From an uncultured Solirubrobacteraceae bacterium (GTDB taxonomy: Bacteria > Actinomycetota > Thermoleophilia > Solirubrobacterales > Solirubrobacteraceae): a DNA stretch of 64,000 nt. The position numbers and the translations under genes were made by a program. How positions within the stretch are numbered: position 1 is the first letter of the stretch; each line of letters opens with the position of its first letter. The DNA is taken from positions 1,189,492 through 1,253,491 of the forward strand of contig OY970163.1 in NCBI GenBank assembly GCA_963706615.1, given 5' to 3'. The notes beneath the pieces are model-generated. The model had not been told where the DNA came from. It ran no database searches and saw only the letters and a list, made by a program, of their open reading frames with translations. Shown piece by piece: positions 37,122-46,907 of this stretch.

Positions 37122-38555
37122 ATGTCCATTCAACGCATCGCATCCAATCGCTTCATGCCGCTCGCAGTGCTCATGGCGGGGACGTTCATGGTCGTCCTCG
37201 ACTTCTTCATCGTCAACGTCGCGCTGCCGTCGATCCAAGGGCGCCTGCACGCCTCCGCCGGCTCGACCGAGTGGGTCGTCGCCGGCTACGGCGTCGCACT
37301 CGCCGCTTTCCTGATCGCCGCAGGACGTCTCGGCGACGCGTTCGGAAGGCGGCGCATGTTCGTCGCCGGCCTCGCCCTCTTCACGCTCGCCTCCGGCGCC
37401 TGCGGCGTCGCGCCGAACCCGACCGTGCTCGTCGTCGCCCGCGTCATGCAGGGTCTCGCGGCAGCGCTGCTCCTCCCCAGCGTGCTGTCGATCATCAGCG
37501 TGCTCTATGCCGACGAGGACCGCACGCGCGCGCTCAGCGTGTACGGCCTCGTGATGGGCCTCGCCGCGGTCGGAGGGCAGCTGATCGGCGGCGTGCTCAT
37601 CCATCTCGACATCGCCGGACTGGGCTGGCGCAGCTGCTTTCTCATCAACCTGCCGATCGGCGCGGTCGCGCTCGCACTCGCGCCGAAGCTCGTGCCCGAG
37701 TCGCGCGCCGGCGTGCGCGAGGCGCTCGACCCGCTCGGCACCTTCCTGCTCAGCGACGCCCTGCTCGCGCTCGTGATACCGCTCGTCGAGGGTCGCCAGC
37801 ACGGCTGGCCGCTGTGGAGCCTGTGCTCGCTCGCGGCAGCGCCGCTGCTGTTCGGCGCGCTCGTCGTGCAGCAGCGTGCGCGTCTGGCGCGTGGTCAAGC
37901 GGCGCTGATAGCCCCCTCGCTGCTGCGCGAGCGCGCGTTCTCGGCGGGGCTCGGCCTGCAACTGGCGTTCTGGGCCGGACAGGCGTCGTTCTTTCTCGTG
38001 CTCGCGCTCTACCTGCAGGAGGGGCGGCGGATGAGCGCGCTCGGCGCGGGCGCGGTGTTCACGATCCTCGCTGTCGCGTACCTCGCCACCTCGATCCTCG
38101 CGCCGGCGCTGACCGCCCGGCACGGCAGGCGTCTGATCGCCGCCGGCGGCGTGACGCTCGCCGCCGGGCACCTGGCGCTGCTGCTCGCCGTGTCGTCAAT
38201 CGGCGTCGGCGGCTCGGTATGGGCGCTCGCGCCAGGCCTGCTGCTCGCCGGCGCCGGCATGGGCCTGTGCGTGACACCGCTCACCGCCATTTCCATGGCG
38301 CCGCTCGCGGCCGAGAGCGCCGGTTCGGGCTCGGGTGCGCTGTCGACCGTGCAGCAGGTCGGCAACGCGCTCGGCGTGGCGATCACCGGCGTTATCTTCT
38401 TCGGCGCGCAGGCCGCCGGGTTCGCGCACGCGTTCGAGCTCAGCGTCGCCGAGCTTGCCGGGCTGCTGTTCGCCGTCGCCCTGCTCTCGCGCCTGCTCCC
38501 GGGGGCGCAACGCCGCGCGGTCGCTCGAGCCGACGTCGCGCTCGCCGATGCCTGA
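37122..38555 (+). CDS. DHA2 MFS transporter
   Basis: FMVVLDFFIVNVALPSI, GRLGDAFGRRR, WRSCFLINLP, STVQQVGNALG. Confidence 0.9.
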   Translation: MSIQRIASNRFMPLAVLMAGTFMVVLDFFIVNVALPSIQGRLHASAGSTEWVVAGYGVALAAFLIAAGRLGDAFGRRRMFVAGLALFTLASGACGVAPNPTVLVVARVMQGLAAALLLPSVLSIISVLYADEDRTRALSVYGLVMGLAAVGGQLIGGVLIHLDIAGLGWRSCFLINLPIGAVALALAPKLVPESRAGVREALDPLGTFLLSDALLALVIPLVEGRQHGWPLWSLCSLAAAPLLFGALVVQQRARLARGQAALIAPSLLRERAFSAGLGLQLAFWAGQASFFLVLALYLQEGRRMSALGAGAVFTILAVAYLATSILAPALTARHGRRLIAAGGVTLAAGHLALLLAVSSIGVGGSVWALAPGLLLAGAGMGLCVTPLTAISMAPLAAESAGSGSGALSTVQQVGNALGVAITGVIFFGAQAAGFAHAFELSVAELAGLLFAVALLSRLLPGAQRRAVARADVALADA

Positions 38556-38581
38556 CGGCAACGTGCTCGTGGACGCCAGGG

Positions 38582-38602
38582 CGATTACCTCACAGGTAGT
38601 CG
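38582..38602. promoter_or_regulatory. Third copy of the operator, upstream of the XRE regulator
   Basis: CGATTACC-TCACA-GGTAGTCG. Confidence 0.7.
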
Positions 38603-38634
38603 CCCTGCCGCGCGCCCGGCGCTACGCTCGCGAC

Positions 38635-39432
38635 ATGGCAGTCGCGACCCCCGCCCCGCGCTTCGGCGAGCTGCTGCGCGACTGGCGCAAGCGGCGCAGC
38701 GTCAGCCAGCTCGAGCTGTCGCTCGACACGGACATCTCCGCGCGCCATCTGAGCTTCGTCGAGACCGGGCGCTCCAAGCCCAGCCGCGACGTCGTCGTGC
38801 GCTTGGCCGAGACGCTCGACGTGCCGCTGCGCGAGCGAAACGCGCTGCTGTTGGCGGCTGGATATGCGCCGCTGTACGGCGAGCGGCCGCTCGCGTCCGA
38901 GGAGATGGCGCCCGTGCGCTCGGCGCTCGACCGCTTCCTGCGCGCCCACGAGCCCTACCCGGCGCTCGTCATCGACCGCCGCCACGACCTGATCGCGGCC
39001 AACGACGCGCTCGGCGCGCTCACCGACGGCTGCGCGCCCGAGCTGCTCGCGCCGCCGGCCAACGCAATCCGCATCGCGCTGCACCCGCAGGGCATGGCGC
39101 CGCGCACGGTCAACCTCGCCGAGTGGAGCGCGCACCTGCTCGCGCGGCTGCGCCGCGAGGCCGCGATCACCGGCGACCCCGCGCTCGAGCAGCTGCGCGA
39201 GGAGGTCTGCGCCTACCCCGGCGTCGTCGGCGACGCGCTCGTCGGCGAGCGCGGCGCCGAGATCGTCGTTCCGCTGCGCTTGACCGAGGGCGAGCGCGAG
39301 CTCGCATTCATCTCCACGCTCTCGACGTTCGGCACCGCCGTCGACATCACGCTCTCCGAGCTCTCGATCGAGGCCTTCTACCCGGCCAACGCCGAGACGG
39401 CCATGCGCCTGATGCGCGACGTCGGCGGCTGA
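38635..39432 (+). CDS. XRE-family regulator with MmyB-like ligand-binding domain
   Basis: LRDWRKRRSVSQLEL...SARHLSFVETGRSKPSR, HEPYPALVID, FGTAVDITLSELSIEAFYPA. TACGCT lies 6 nt before the ATG. Confidence 0.92.
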   Translation: MAVATPAPRFGELLRDWRKRRSVSQLELSLDTDISARHLSFVETGRSKPSRDVVVRLAETLDVPLRERNALLLAAGYAPLYGERPLASEEMAPVRSALDRFLRAHEPYPALVIDRRHDLIAANDALGALTDGCAPELLAPPANAIRIALHPQGMAPRTVNLAEWSAHLLARLRREAAITGDPALEQLREEVCAYPGVVGDALVGERGAEIVVPLRLTEGERELAFISTLSTFGTAVDITLSELSIEAFYPANAETAMRLMRDVGG

Positions 39433-39452
39433 GCGCGACCCGTCGGCCGTCC

Positions 39453-40040
39453 CTATGCGCCCGCGCGCAGCCCGTCGAGCATGCGCTCGAGCGTCGCCGC
39501 GACCGCATCGGTGGCGGCGGGGTCGCGCACGACGAGCAGCGCGGCCTCGTCGAGCGCGCCCATCAGCAGATGGGCGAGCAGCTCGGGCGCCAGCCGATCG
39601 ATCTCGCCGGCCTCGATCGCGGCACCGACCACCGCTTCGATCAGCCCCAGCCCGTTGCGCTCGGCCACCTCGCGCCAGCGCTCCCAGCCGAGCACGGCAG
39701 GACCGTCGATCAGCACGATCCTCTGCACCTCCGGCGTCCGGCAGGCCTCGAGGAAGGCGCGGATACCCGCGCGCATCGCGGCGAACGGGCTCGTGACCTC
39801 GCCGAGCGTTCCCGCCACGCGCTGGGTCAGCTCCTGCTCGACCTGCTCGTACACGGCGAGGAACAGATCCTCCTTGCCGGAGAACTGGTGGTAGAGCGCG
39901 CCGCGCGTAACGCCGGCGCGGCGGACGATCTCCTCGGTGCCCACGGACGCGTAGCCCCTGTTCGCGAACAGCTTGCGCGCAGCGCGGATCAGCTTGGCGC
40001 GCGTAGATGCGGAGCGCGAGGCTTGGCGATTGACATTCAT
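39453..40040 (-). CDS. TetR-family regulator
   Basis: RKLFANRGYASVGTEEIVRRAGVTRGALYHQF and DGPAVLGW. Confidence 0.92.
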   Translation of the reverse strand: MNVNRQASRSASTRAKLIRAARKLFANRGYASVGTEEIVRRAGVTRGALYHQFSGKEDLFLAVYEQVEQELTQRVAGTLGEVTSPFAAMRAGIRAFLEACRTPEVQRIVLIDGPAVLGWERWREVAERNGLGLIEAVVGAAIEAGEIDRLAPELLAHLLMGALDEAALLVVRDPAATDAVAATLERMLDGLRAGA

Positions 40041-40074
40041 GCAGTATGTATGTTAGTTTCGTACAGCCTGTATG
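40033..40074. promoter_or_regulatory. Imperfect palindromic operators between TetR and hydrolase
   Basis: ACATTCAT-N5-ATGTATGT (40033-40053) and CGTACAG-C-CTGTATG (40060-40074) in an AT-rich spacer. Confidence 0.55.
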
Positions 40075-40104
40075 CAACTACGACGATAGAGGAGGCTGCG
40101 GACG

Positions 40105-40956
40105 ATGGACACAAGCGTCGCGCTCGAACAGGGAACGATCAGTTACCGCGACGTCGGCGAGGGCGATCCGCTGGTGTTCGTGCACGGACTGCTCGTCGAC
40201 GGGCGCCTGTGGCGCGACGTCACGCCGGCGCTCGTCGAGGAGTACCGCTGCATCGTCCCCGACTGGCCGCTGGGTGCGCACCGCGTCGCCCTGGGCGCAG
40301 GCGCCGACCGCTCTCCGCGAGGCATCGCCAACCTGATCGCCGATTTCCTCGATGCGCTGCAGCTGAGCGACGTGACGATCGTCGCCAACGACACCGGCGG
40401 CGCGATCTCGCAGATCCTCGCGAGCGAGCGCCCGCAGCGACTGCGCGGGCTCGTGCTGACCAACTGCGACTGCCTGGAGAACTTCCTGCCGCCGGTCCTG
40501 CGGCCGCTGCAGTGGCTCGCCCACGTGCCCGGGGCCTACTGGCTGCTCGCCAACGCTGCGCGCTCCGCGCGTGTTCGCCGCTCGCCGCTCGGCTTCGGCA
40601 TGCTCAGCCACACTCCGCTGCCCGACGAGCTCACCGCCGACTGGCTCGCGCCGCTGCGCCAGCGCGACGTGCGCGCGGACGTGCTCGCGACGCTCAAGGC
40701 GATCGACCGGCGCGACACGCTCGACGCCGCGCAGCGCCTGGCCGAGCACCCGCTGCCGACGCTGCTCGCCTGGGCGCCCGACGACCTGATGTTCTCGCTG
40801 CGCTTCGCCGAGCGCCTGGCCGCGATGATCCCGGGGGCGCGCCTGGAGCAGATCGCCGACAGCCGCGCGTTCGTGCCCCAGGACCAGCCACAGCGGCTGG
40901 CCGAGCTGATCGCCGCGTTCGTCGCCGAGCAGGCCTCGCTTGCGACCTCCATCTGA
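40105..40956 (+). CDS. Alpha/beta-fold hydrolase (paralog of 20934; catalytic His absent)
   Basis: FVHGLLVDG, WPLGAH, VANDTGGA, WAPDDL, IADSRAFVPQDQP. GGAGG SD upstream. Confidence 0.88.
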   Translation: MDTSVALEQGTISYRDVGEGDPLVFVHGLLVDGRLWRDVTPALVEEYRCIVPDWPLGAHRVALGAGADRSPRGIANLIADFLDALQLSDVTIVANDTGGAISQILASERPQRLRGLVLTNCDCLENFLPPVLRPLQWLAHVPGAYWLLANAARSARVRRSPLGFGMLSHTPLPDELTADWLAPLRQRDVRADVLATLKAIDRRDTLDAAQRLAEHPLPTLLAWAPDDLMFSLRFAERLAAMIPGARLEQIADSRAFVPQDQPQRLAELIAAFVAEQASLATSI

Positions 40957-41110
40957 AGATAGGCGGCCGCTCGCGACCCCGCATGCCGGTCTGGGTCGGT
41001 TTGTTGCGGGGAGAACCAACGTTGACAAGTTCTTGTATGTATGGTTGAGTCGGGTCAACCGGCCGGCAAGGAAGCCAGCCAGTGTCCGATCACGGATTGA
41101 GAGGTGGACG

Positions 41111-42376
41111 ATGAGTTCTGCGCGACTTGCAGCTGCGCGATTTTTGAGTTACACGCGAATCGCGCGCCTGTGCGCCGGGGCGCTGGCGGTCGGTGCTGTG
41201 ACCGTCGCGCTGGCGAGCGTGCCGGCGGCGGGGGCCGCCGTCCACCAGAGCAGCGTCAGGGTTGGGCTGATTCCGCAGAACGGCCCTGTGCCGCCAAACG
41301 GCCCCGACGGGATCATGCCCACCTCCGCGTACGTGAGCGGCAGGCCGAATGAGACGTTCGGACGGTTCTCGTTCAGCAATCTCGCGCTCGACCAGGTCAC
41401 GACCTCGAGCCTGTCGCAGTTCGACACGGTGGCGCTGATCCAGGTGAGCACCTCGAGCTTGAGCGCTACCGCGAAGGCCGCTCTCACGCAGTTCGTGGCG
41501 GCCGGCGGAAAGCTGATCATCCATGACAGCGACGAGACGAAGCTGAACGACTACTCCTGGCTGCTGCCGGGCCCCTACACCACCAGGGTGGGCGCCGGCT
41601 GCCAAGGCTGTGGCGGGACGTCGGGAACCTCCACGATCACCAACAGCTCCCTGATCAGCGCCAATCCCGCCGACGCCTCCTACGTGAACACCGCGGATCT
41701 CATGCGGTTCACCGATGCGATCGGCGATGCCAATCTGCTGGTGTCGACCGATCCCCGGTGGTTCGCGGTGGCCACCGGCACGAATGCCAACGTCCACAAC
41801 GAATCGGGCGCGCAGGTGGCATTCGCGAACAACAACGGCCTGATCGTCTACAACGGGTTCGACACCGACTTCGTCAAGAGGATCCCGTCTGACGCGTGGC
41901 GGTGCAACGACGCCGCATCCGGCTACCACTGCCCGGCCGGCTCTACGCCGACGGTCGATTGGATCGCTCACATGTGGTACTCGGAGCTGGTGGCGCCCTG
42001 GGGCACCGCATCCGCACAGCCGGGCGCCCCCGGCGCCAACGGCGGAAGCGCCGGCGGCGCGCTGCCGCAGAGCAAGTCGGTCGCCAAAGTCGGAGCGACC
42101 CTCGCAGCGACGCCGGCGGGGCTTCCGCCGAACCTCAGCTGCGTCGCGAATCGGCGGCTCATGCTGCGCCTGAAGAACCTCGCGCATCTGCGTCACCGCA
42201 AGATCTCACAGGTGGAAGTCTTCGTGAGCGGCAAGCGCCGGCTTCGCGAGCGCGGACGCCTGGTCAACGTGATGCTCGCGCATCTCCCCGCTCACGGCCG
42301 CTTCACCGTCGAAGTCATCGCCACGACGCGCCAGGGTTATCACCTGATCGCCAAACGGACTTATCGTGCCTGCTGA
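41111..42376 (+). CDS. Secreted hypothetical protein (class I GATase-like segment possible)
   Basis: Signal peptide; LSQFDTVAL...LTQFVAAGGKLIIHDSD; basic C-terminal beta domain. Confidence 0.65.
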   Translation: MSSARLAAARFLSYTRIARLCAGALAVGAVTVALASVPAAGAAVHQSSVRVGLIPQNGPVPPNGPDGIMPTSAYVSGRPNETFGRFSFSNLALDQVTTSSLSQFDTVALIQVSTSSLSATAKAALTQFVAAGGKLIIHDSDETKLNDYSWLLPGPYTTRVGAGCQGCGGTSGTSTITNSSLISANPADASYVNTADLMRFTDAIGDANLLVSTDPRWFAVATGTNANVHNESGAQVAFANNNGLIVYNGFDTDFVKRIPSDAWRCNDAASGYHCPAGSTPTVDWIAHMWYSELVAPWGTASAQPGAPGANGGSAGGALPQSKSVAKVGATLAATPAGLPPNLSCVANRRLMLRLKNLAHLRHRKISQVEVFVSGKRRLRERGRLVNVMLAHLPAHGRFTVEVIATTRQGYHLIAKRTYRAC

Positions 42377-42480
42377 CGGCGTGCGGCGCCCTCGTCGCGG
42401 TGTTTTGGCCGGGCGTCCTTGCCGACCCGGACATCGGGTGTAGAGTCCTCGCGACATCGCCCGGACAGAAAGGCGTAAAC

Positions 42481-44160
42481 ATGCCGTCTTCCTTGTTGAC
42501 CACCGTCGCCAGCCGGCGACGCCGTCGCCTGCTCGTCGCCGCATCGGCGCTTGGGCTGCTCATCGCGCTCGCCGTCGCTTCTGCGGCTGCAGCCGAACGC
42601 CACGTACTGCTCGTAGGGGAATACAACGGTGTCCCCGGGCAGTTCAGCTCGATCCAGAGTGCCGTCGACGCCGCACACCCGAGCGACTGGATCCTGATCG
42701 GCCCCGGCGACTACAAGCAGACGGGCAGCCGAACGCCCGCGGGGGCGCTGGGCGACGACAGGGCAGGGGCGGACGTCCTCATCACCACGCCGAACATCCA
42801 CGTGCGGGGCATGAACCGCAACACGGTCATGATCGACGGGACGAAACCGGGTTCGTCGCAGTGCAGCTCCCAAGAAGCCGACCAGACCTTTGGCCCGGCC
42901 GAAGGCAGCCGCTACCTCGGCAACAACGGCGTCGTCGTCTACAAGGCACGCGGTGTCCAGCTGCAGAACTTCTCGACCTGCAACTTCCTCGGCGACAACA
43001 GCGGCGGCGACTCGATCTGGTTCGACGGAGGCGGCGCGTCGGGCAAACAGGAACTCGGGGCCTGGTCGGGCTCCTACCTGAGCGCGACCTCGACCTACTG
43101 GGCCGGCGTGGAAAAGCCCTCCACGAAGTACGGGCTGTACACGTCGAACACGCACGGGCCGGGAACGTTCAACCAGACCTACGCCAGCAACATGTCCGAC
43201 TCGGGCTACTACTTCGGCGCCTGCCCGGACTGCAACTCCACGATCACCCATGGGCACGCCGAGAACAACGACCTCGGCTATTCCGGCTCGAACTCCGGTG
43301 GCCACCTGACGATCACGCACTCGGAATTCGACAACAACGAGGAGGGCATCGCGACGCAGAGCCAGAACAACGACGACGCCCCGTCCCCCCAGGACGGGCT
43401 CTGTCCCAATGGGGCGACCAACCCGAAGTCTCCTGCGGGCGCGCAGCGAACGAACGTCTGCTGGGTGGTGACCCACAACAAGATCGTCAACAACAACAAT
43501 GGCGCGACGCCGACGTCCAGCAGTGCTCCTGGGCTCGTAGGCACGGGAATGACGATCGCCGGCGGACGCCACGACCTCGTTATCGACAACACCTTCTCCG
43601 GCAACAACGCTTGGGGCATCCTGCTGCTGCCCTACCCCGCGACGGAACAGCCACCGCCCCAGGTGACCGAACCCTGCAAGGGCGGCGTCGGCTCGGGAAG
43701 CGGGGAAAGCTATGTCTGCTACTTCGACGACTACGCAAACGAGATCGCAAGCAACAAGTTCGCCAACAACGGCGGCTACGCCAATCCCACCAATGGCGAC
43801 ATCGGGGAAGTCTCAAACGCACAGAGCGACGGCAACTGCTGGCATGGCAACGTGGAGATCGGCGGGGGCACGCTGAGCAGCTATCCGCCACAGATCCAGA
43901 CCACGCACGGGACGTGCGGCCAACCCAACTCAGGCGAACCGCCCAGCAGCGTGCTCTCGGCCCAGGCTACGTGCGACTCGCAGCTGGTGGCTCCATGCCC
44001 GCCGGCTCCCGGCGAGAACTATCCACGATCGACCAACGTCAAATTGATGCCCCTGCCTGCCCAACCCACGATGCGCAATCCCTGCGCCGGAGTGCCGGCG
44101 AACGCATGGTGCACGGGAGCGGCGATCGCCGGAGCACGGCGAGCTCGTCGCGTGCACTGA
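42481..44160 (+). CDS. Secreted right-handed beta-helix (pectin-lyase fold) protein
   Basis: SSIQSAVDAAHPSDWILIGPGDY, Asn-ladder repeats (NNDLGYSGSNSGG, FDNNEEGI, FSGNNAWGI), many Cys. Confidence 0.75.
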   Translation: MPSSLLTTVASRRRRRLLVAASALGLLIALAVASAAAAERHVLLVGEYNGVPGQFSSIQSAVDAAHPSDWILIGPGDYKQTGSRTPAGALGDDRAGADVLITTPNIHVRGMNRNTVMIDGTKPGSSQCSSQEADQTFGPAEGSRYLGNNGVVVYKARGVQLQNFSTCNFLGDNSGGDSIWFDGGGASGKQELGAWSGSYLSATSTYWAGVEKPSTKYGLYTSNTHGPGTFNQTYASNMSDSGYYFGACPDCNSTITHGHAENNDLGYSGSNSGGHLTITHSEFDNNEEGIATQSQNNDDAPSPQDGLCPNGATNPKSPAGAQRTNVCWVVTHNKIVNNNNGATPTSSSAPGLVGTGMTIAGGRHDLVIDNTFSGNNAWGILLLPYPATEQPPPQVTEPCKGGVGSGSGESYVCYFDDYANEIASNKFANNGGYANPTNGDIGEVSNAQSDGNCWHGNVEIGGGTLSSYPPQIQTTHGTCGQPNSGEPPSSVLSAQATCDSQLVAPCPPAPGENYPRSTNVKLMPLPAQPTMRNPCAGVPANAWCTGAAIAGARRARRVH

Positions 44161-44188
44161 CCGTTCGCGAGCGGCCAGTGCACATCGC

Positions 44189-46417
44189 TCAGGGCCGGTG
44201 CGATGCGCGCGGTCGCGAAGACCGCACAACAGTTGCAGCCGGAGTTTCGCTTGCTGCCGTGGGTGCAGGGCCTTGAGCGGGCGGCCTGCTCGGCGCGGAC
44301 GACGCGGGCGTAGGCGCGAGCGCAGGGCTGCCCCCAGGCACAATTACCGAGCAGGCCGCGGACGCTTCGAGACAGGCCGATGACGTGGCGGTTGTCGAAG
44401 GAGTGACGTTGCTTGGTGGGCCCGTTTCGACGGGCGTCTTTGCAAGCGGCGTTCCCACCATCACGCGCAGCTTCTTGCCGAAGGTGACTTTGATTTCATA
44501 CGGCACCGGTTCAAGCGGCGCATCGTAGATTTCAGTGATCGATCTGCTGCCGCTGCCCCCGGGCAGTTTTACGCTCTCGGGCTTGGACCGTCTCGCTTCG
44601 TCTTCGGTTTTGACGATCTGAGTGGAGAGCGACGTGGCCGCGCAGCGAGTTCCGTCTGACCCGATCGCCGTGATGATGAACTGCAGCGTGTATCCGGCAT
44701 CGGCCGGGCCGGGCAGGTAGCTGGCGCCGACTGCCCCGGCGACCGGCGCACATTGGCCGGCCCTGCAGCGCTGCCATTGATATTCAAACCGCGTCGGTTC
44801 GGCGCCCGACCACGTGCCGTTGGTCCCGCTGAGCAGCTGATTTTCGCGAGCTTCGCCCTTGATCCGCGGGCGCGTCGTGTTTTGCAGAGCACCCGCTTCG
44901 CCGGCGGTCGCCGAGGCGCCGGGTTCTTCGGTTTCTCCTGTTTCTTCTTCTGCTTCGCCGGCCGCCGGCCGTTCGAACACCCGGTCGATGATCCTGTCGG
45001 CGTTACCCGAGCTCCACGCTAGATCCAGCCCTCCCGCTTTCGGCGCCAAGGTGAGCGGTGGCGGCGGGGGTTGGACTCCACCGGCGAGCAGCGCGACGAC
45101 GTGGCTGCCGCCCGCCGATACGCTCGTCACCGGCCCAAGCCCGGCAACGGCGGTCGGGACCAGGCTGGCGGAGATCCCGCCATTGCCGAGTTCCCCGTAG
45201 TCGTTTCTTCCCCAGGCGTACACCTTGTGATCGATCAGCGCAAGGCTGTAGCGAACTCCGGCGGCGGTCGCTTCCACCTGTCCCGCGGGCAGCTTGATCG
45301 GCTGCGCCGTCTTTACGCAATGGAGTTCCGGGTGGTGTATCTGACAGATTTCTGTTCCCGCGGGCCCTGCTTCGCCGAGCTCGCCGTCTTCGTTGTTGCC
45401 CCACCCCACCACTTCCCCGCTGTTGAGGCGAGCGAGCACGTGATCGTAGCCGGCTGAGATTTCGGCAACGTTCGTCAACGCCCGCGTACTGCTTCTCATG
45501 ACCCTTCCGGGCGGTCGGAACCTGTTATGGGGACCCGTTTGCACCCCTACCTGTCCGAGCTCTCCCTTCAGGTTGCTGCCCCAAGACACGACTTCACCGT
45601 TTTTGAGCAGCGCATACGTGGCTTCCTGGGCGGCAGAGATCGCCACGACTTCAGTGAGCGGTCTTTTTGGCGCGATCATCACGAGAGCTGGCCTGGGACT
45701 GCACAGTTCGTTGCCGACTTCCGTTAGGCATTCGTATGCACCGCAGCCCGGAGCGTTGCGCGCCTGGCATTTTTCCGGCCAGTCGACACCGAGCTGGCCC
45801 TTTGCGTTGTTGCCCCAGGCCATGACCGTCCCGTTGTCCAGCAGGGCGTAGTTCGAGGGGCCGCCCGCGGCAATTGCCGCCACGTGTGTCAGCCCTTCGA
45901 CGGTTTTGGGAACACGCTGGTTCTGTCCGGTGGCGGGTTCAAACCCCCCCTTGCCATCGCCGAGCTGGCCGGACTGATTGTTTCCCCACGCCCGCACCGT
46001 GCCGTCGCGCATCAGCGCGAGAGCATGCTCGTTGGCGGCGGCGATGGCCTTGACGCCGCTCAGCCCAGTGACTTGGACGTGGCTCCTGCCCAGTTCCCAG
46101 TTGGCTTTGTAGCCGTTGTTGCCGAGCTGGCCATAGATGTTGCCTCCCCACGAGGCGACCGTGCCGTCACTGAGGAGGGCGAGGTTGAAGCTGCTCGCGG
46201 CCGCGATCGACGTGATGCCCGTCAGGCCTTCCACGGGGATCGGGCTCTCTTCGCGCTGGCTCCTGAAGAATGCCCCCAACTGGCCATGCCAGTTTTCGCC
46301 CCAGGCAGCCGCAGCGCCGCCTTCGGCGTGCGCCGAAGCGGGGGCCGATGCGAGAGCGGCCGCTATCACGAGCAGTGCACAGCTGCATAGAAGCCGTCGG
46401 TTTCGCGCGTGGCGCAT
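44189..46417 (-). CDS. Secreted RCC1-repeat protein with Ig-like C-terminal domain
   Basis: Seven repeats of ALL.DGTV.AWG.N..GQLG, then NTTRPRIKG...GTWSG...EYQWQRC. GGAGGA SD upstream. Confidence 0.85.
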   Translation of the reverse strand: MRHARNRRLLCSCALLVIAAALASAPASAHAEGGAAAAWGENWHGQLGAFFRSQREESPIPVEGLTGITSIAAASSFNLALLSDGTVASWGGNIYGQLGNNGYKANWELGRSHVQVTGLSGVKAIAAANEHALALMRDGTVRAWGNNQSGQLGDGKGGFEPATGQNQRVPKTVEGLTHVAAIAAGGPSNYALLDNGTVMAWGNNAKGQLGVDWPEKCQARNAPGCGAYECLTEVGNELCSPRPALVMIAPKRPLTEVVAISAAQEATYALLKNGEVVSWGSNLKGELGQVGVQTGPHNRFRPPGRVMRSSTRALTNVAEISAGYDHVLARLNSGEVVGWGNNEDGELGEAGPAGTEICQIHHPELHCVKTAQPIKLPAGQVEATAAGVRYSLALIDHKVYAWGRNDYGELGNGGISASLVPTAVAGLGPVTSVSAGGSHVVALLAGGVQPPPPPLTLAPKAGGLDLAWSSGNADRIIDRVFERPAAGEAEEETGETEEPGASATAGEAGALQNTTRPRIKGEARENQLLSGTNGTWSGAEPTRFEYQWQRCRAGQCAPVAGAVGASYLPGPADAGYTLQFIITAIGSDGTRCAATSLSTQIVKTEDEARRSKPESVKLPGGSGSRSITEIYDAPLEPVPYEIKVTFGKKLRVMVGTPLAKTPVETGPPSNVTPSTTATSSACLEASAACSVIVPGGSPALAPTPASSAPSRPPAQGPAPTAASETPAATVVRSSRPRASHRP

Positions 46418-46660
46418 TTGTCCTCCTGGTCTCCGAGCGTGTGGACCAAGCGCTCGCCATGGCGAACACCGAGAGCCCAACCCTGCAAACGGGTCGCACC
46501 GCTTATCGAGCGCTCCCAGGCGCAACTCGAATGCAATCCGCCGCCCTAAACACCTGTTGGAAGGTCGGTGGGCCGAAGATCAGTAGGGCCCTCGTCGACT
46601 GGCCTATTCCGCTGCCGGCAGCCGTGATCGTGCGACCGCGCGGCCAACGCTCACGCGAAC

Positions 46661-46846
46661 CTAGGAGTTGGTCGCCTCGTCCGGCCTCAGCCGCTTGCGC
46701 CCCTTGTGGTCAGCCCGGCCGGTGCCGATGCATTCGCGACAGACGATCCACTTGCCCTCCGGCTCGGCCTCGAACCACGTCCAGCCGGCCCCCGCGCAGG
46801 TCGGGCATCGGTCCTTCTCGGCGATGATGCGGTCGCTCTGGGTCAT
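46661..46846 (-). CDS. 61-aa stand-alone DnaJ-type zinc-finger protein
   Basis: CPTCAGAG and CRECIGTG (two CxxCxGxG). TAGGCT lies 6 nt before the ATG. Confidence 0.65.
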   Translation of the reverse strand: MTQSDRIIAEKDRCPTCAGAGWTWFEAEPEGKWIVCRECIGTGRADHKGRKRLRPDEATNS

Positions 46847-46907
46847 GCGCTAAGCCTACATCGCTCCGTGGGCGAATCGAGCCGCCGACGCGAGGGCTGG
46901 AACTGCG

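Noticed and set aside
41022-41060. TTGACA plus palindromes ACAAG-TT-CTTGT and GGTTGA-N6-TCAACC
   Set aside because: No -10 box at canonical spacing and no second copy in the window, so no regulator can be assigned.
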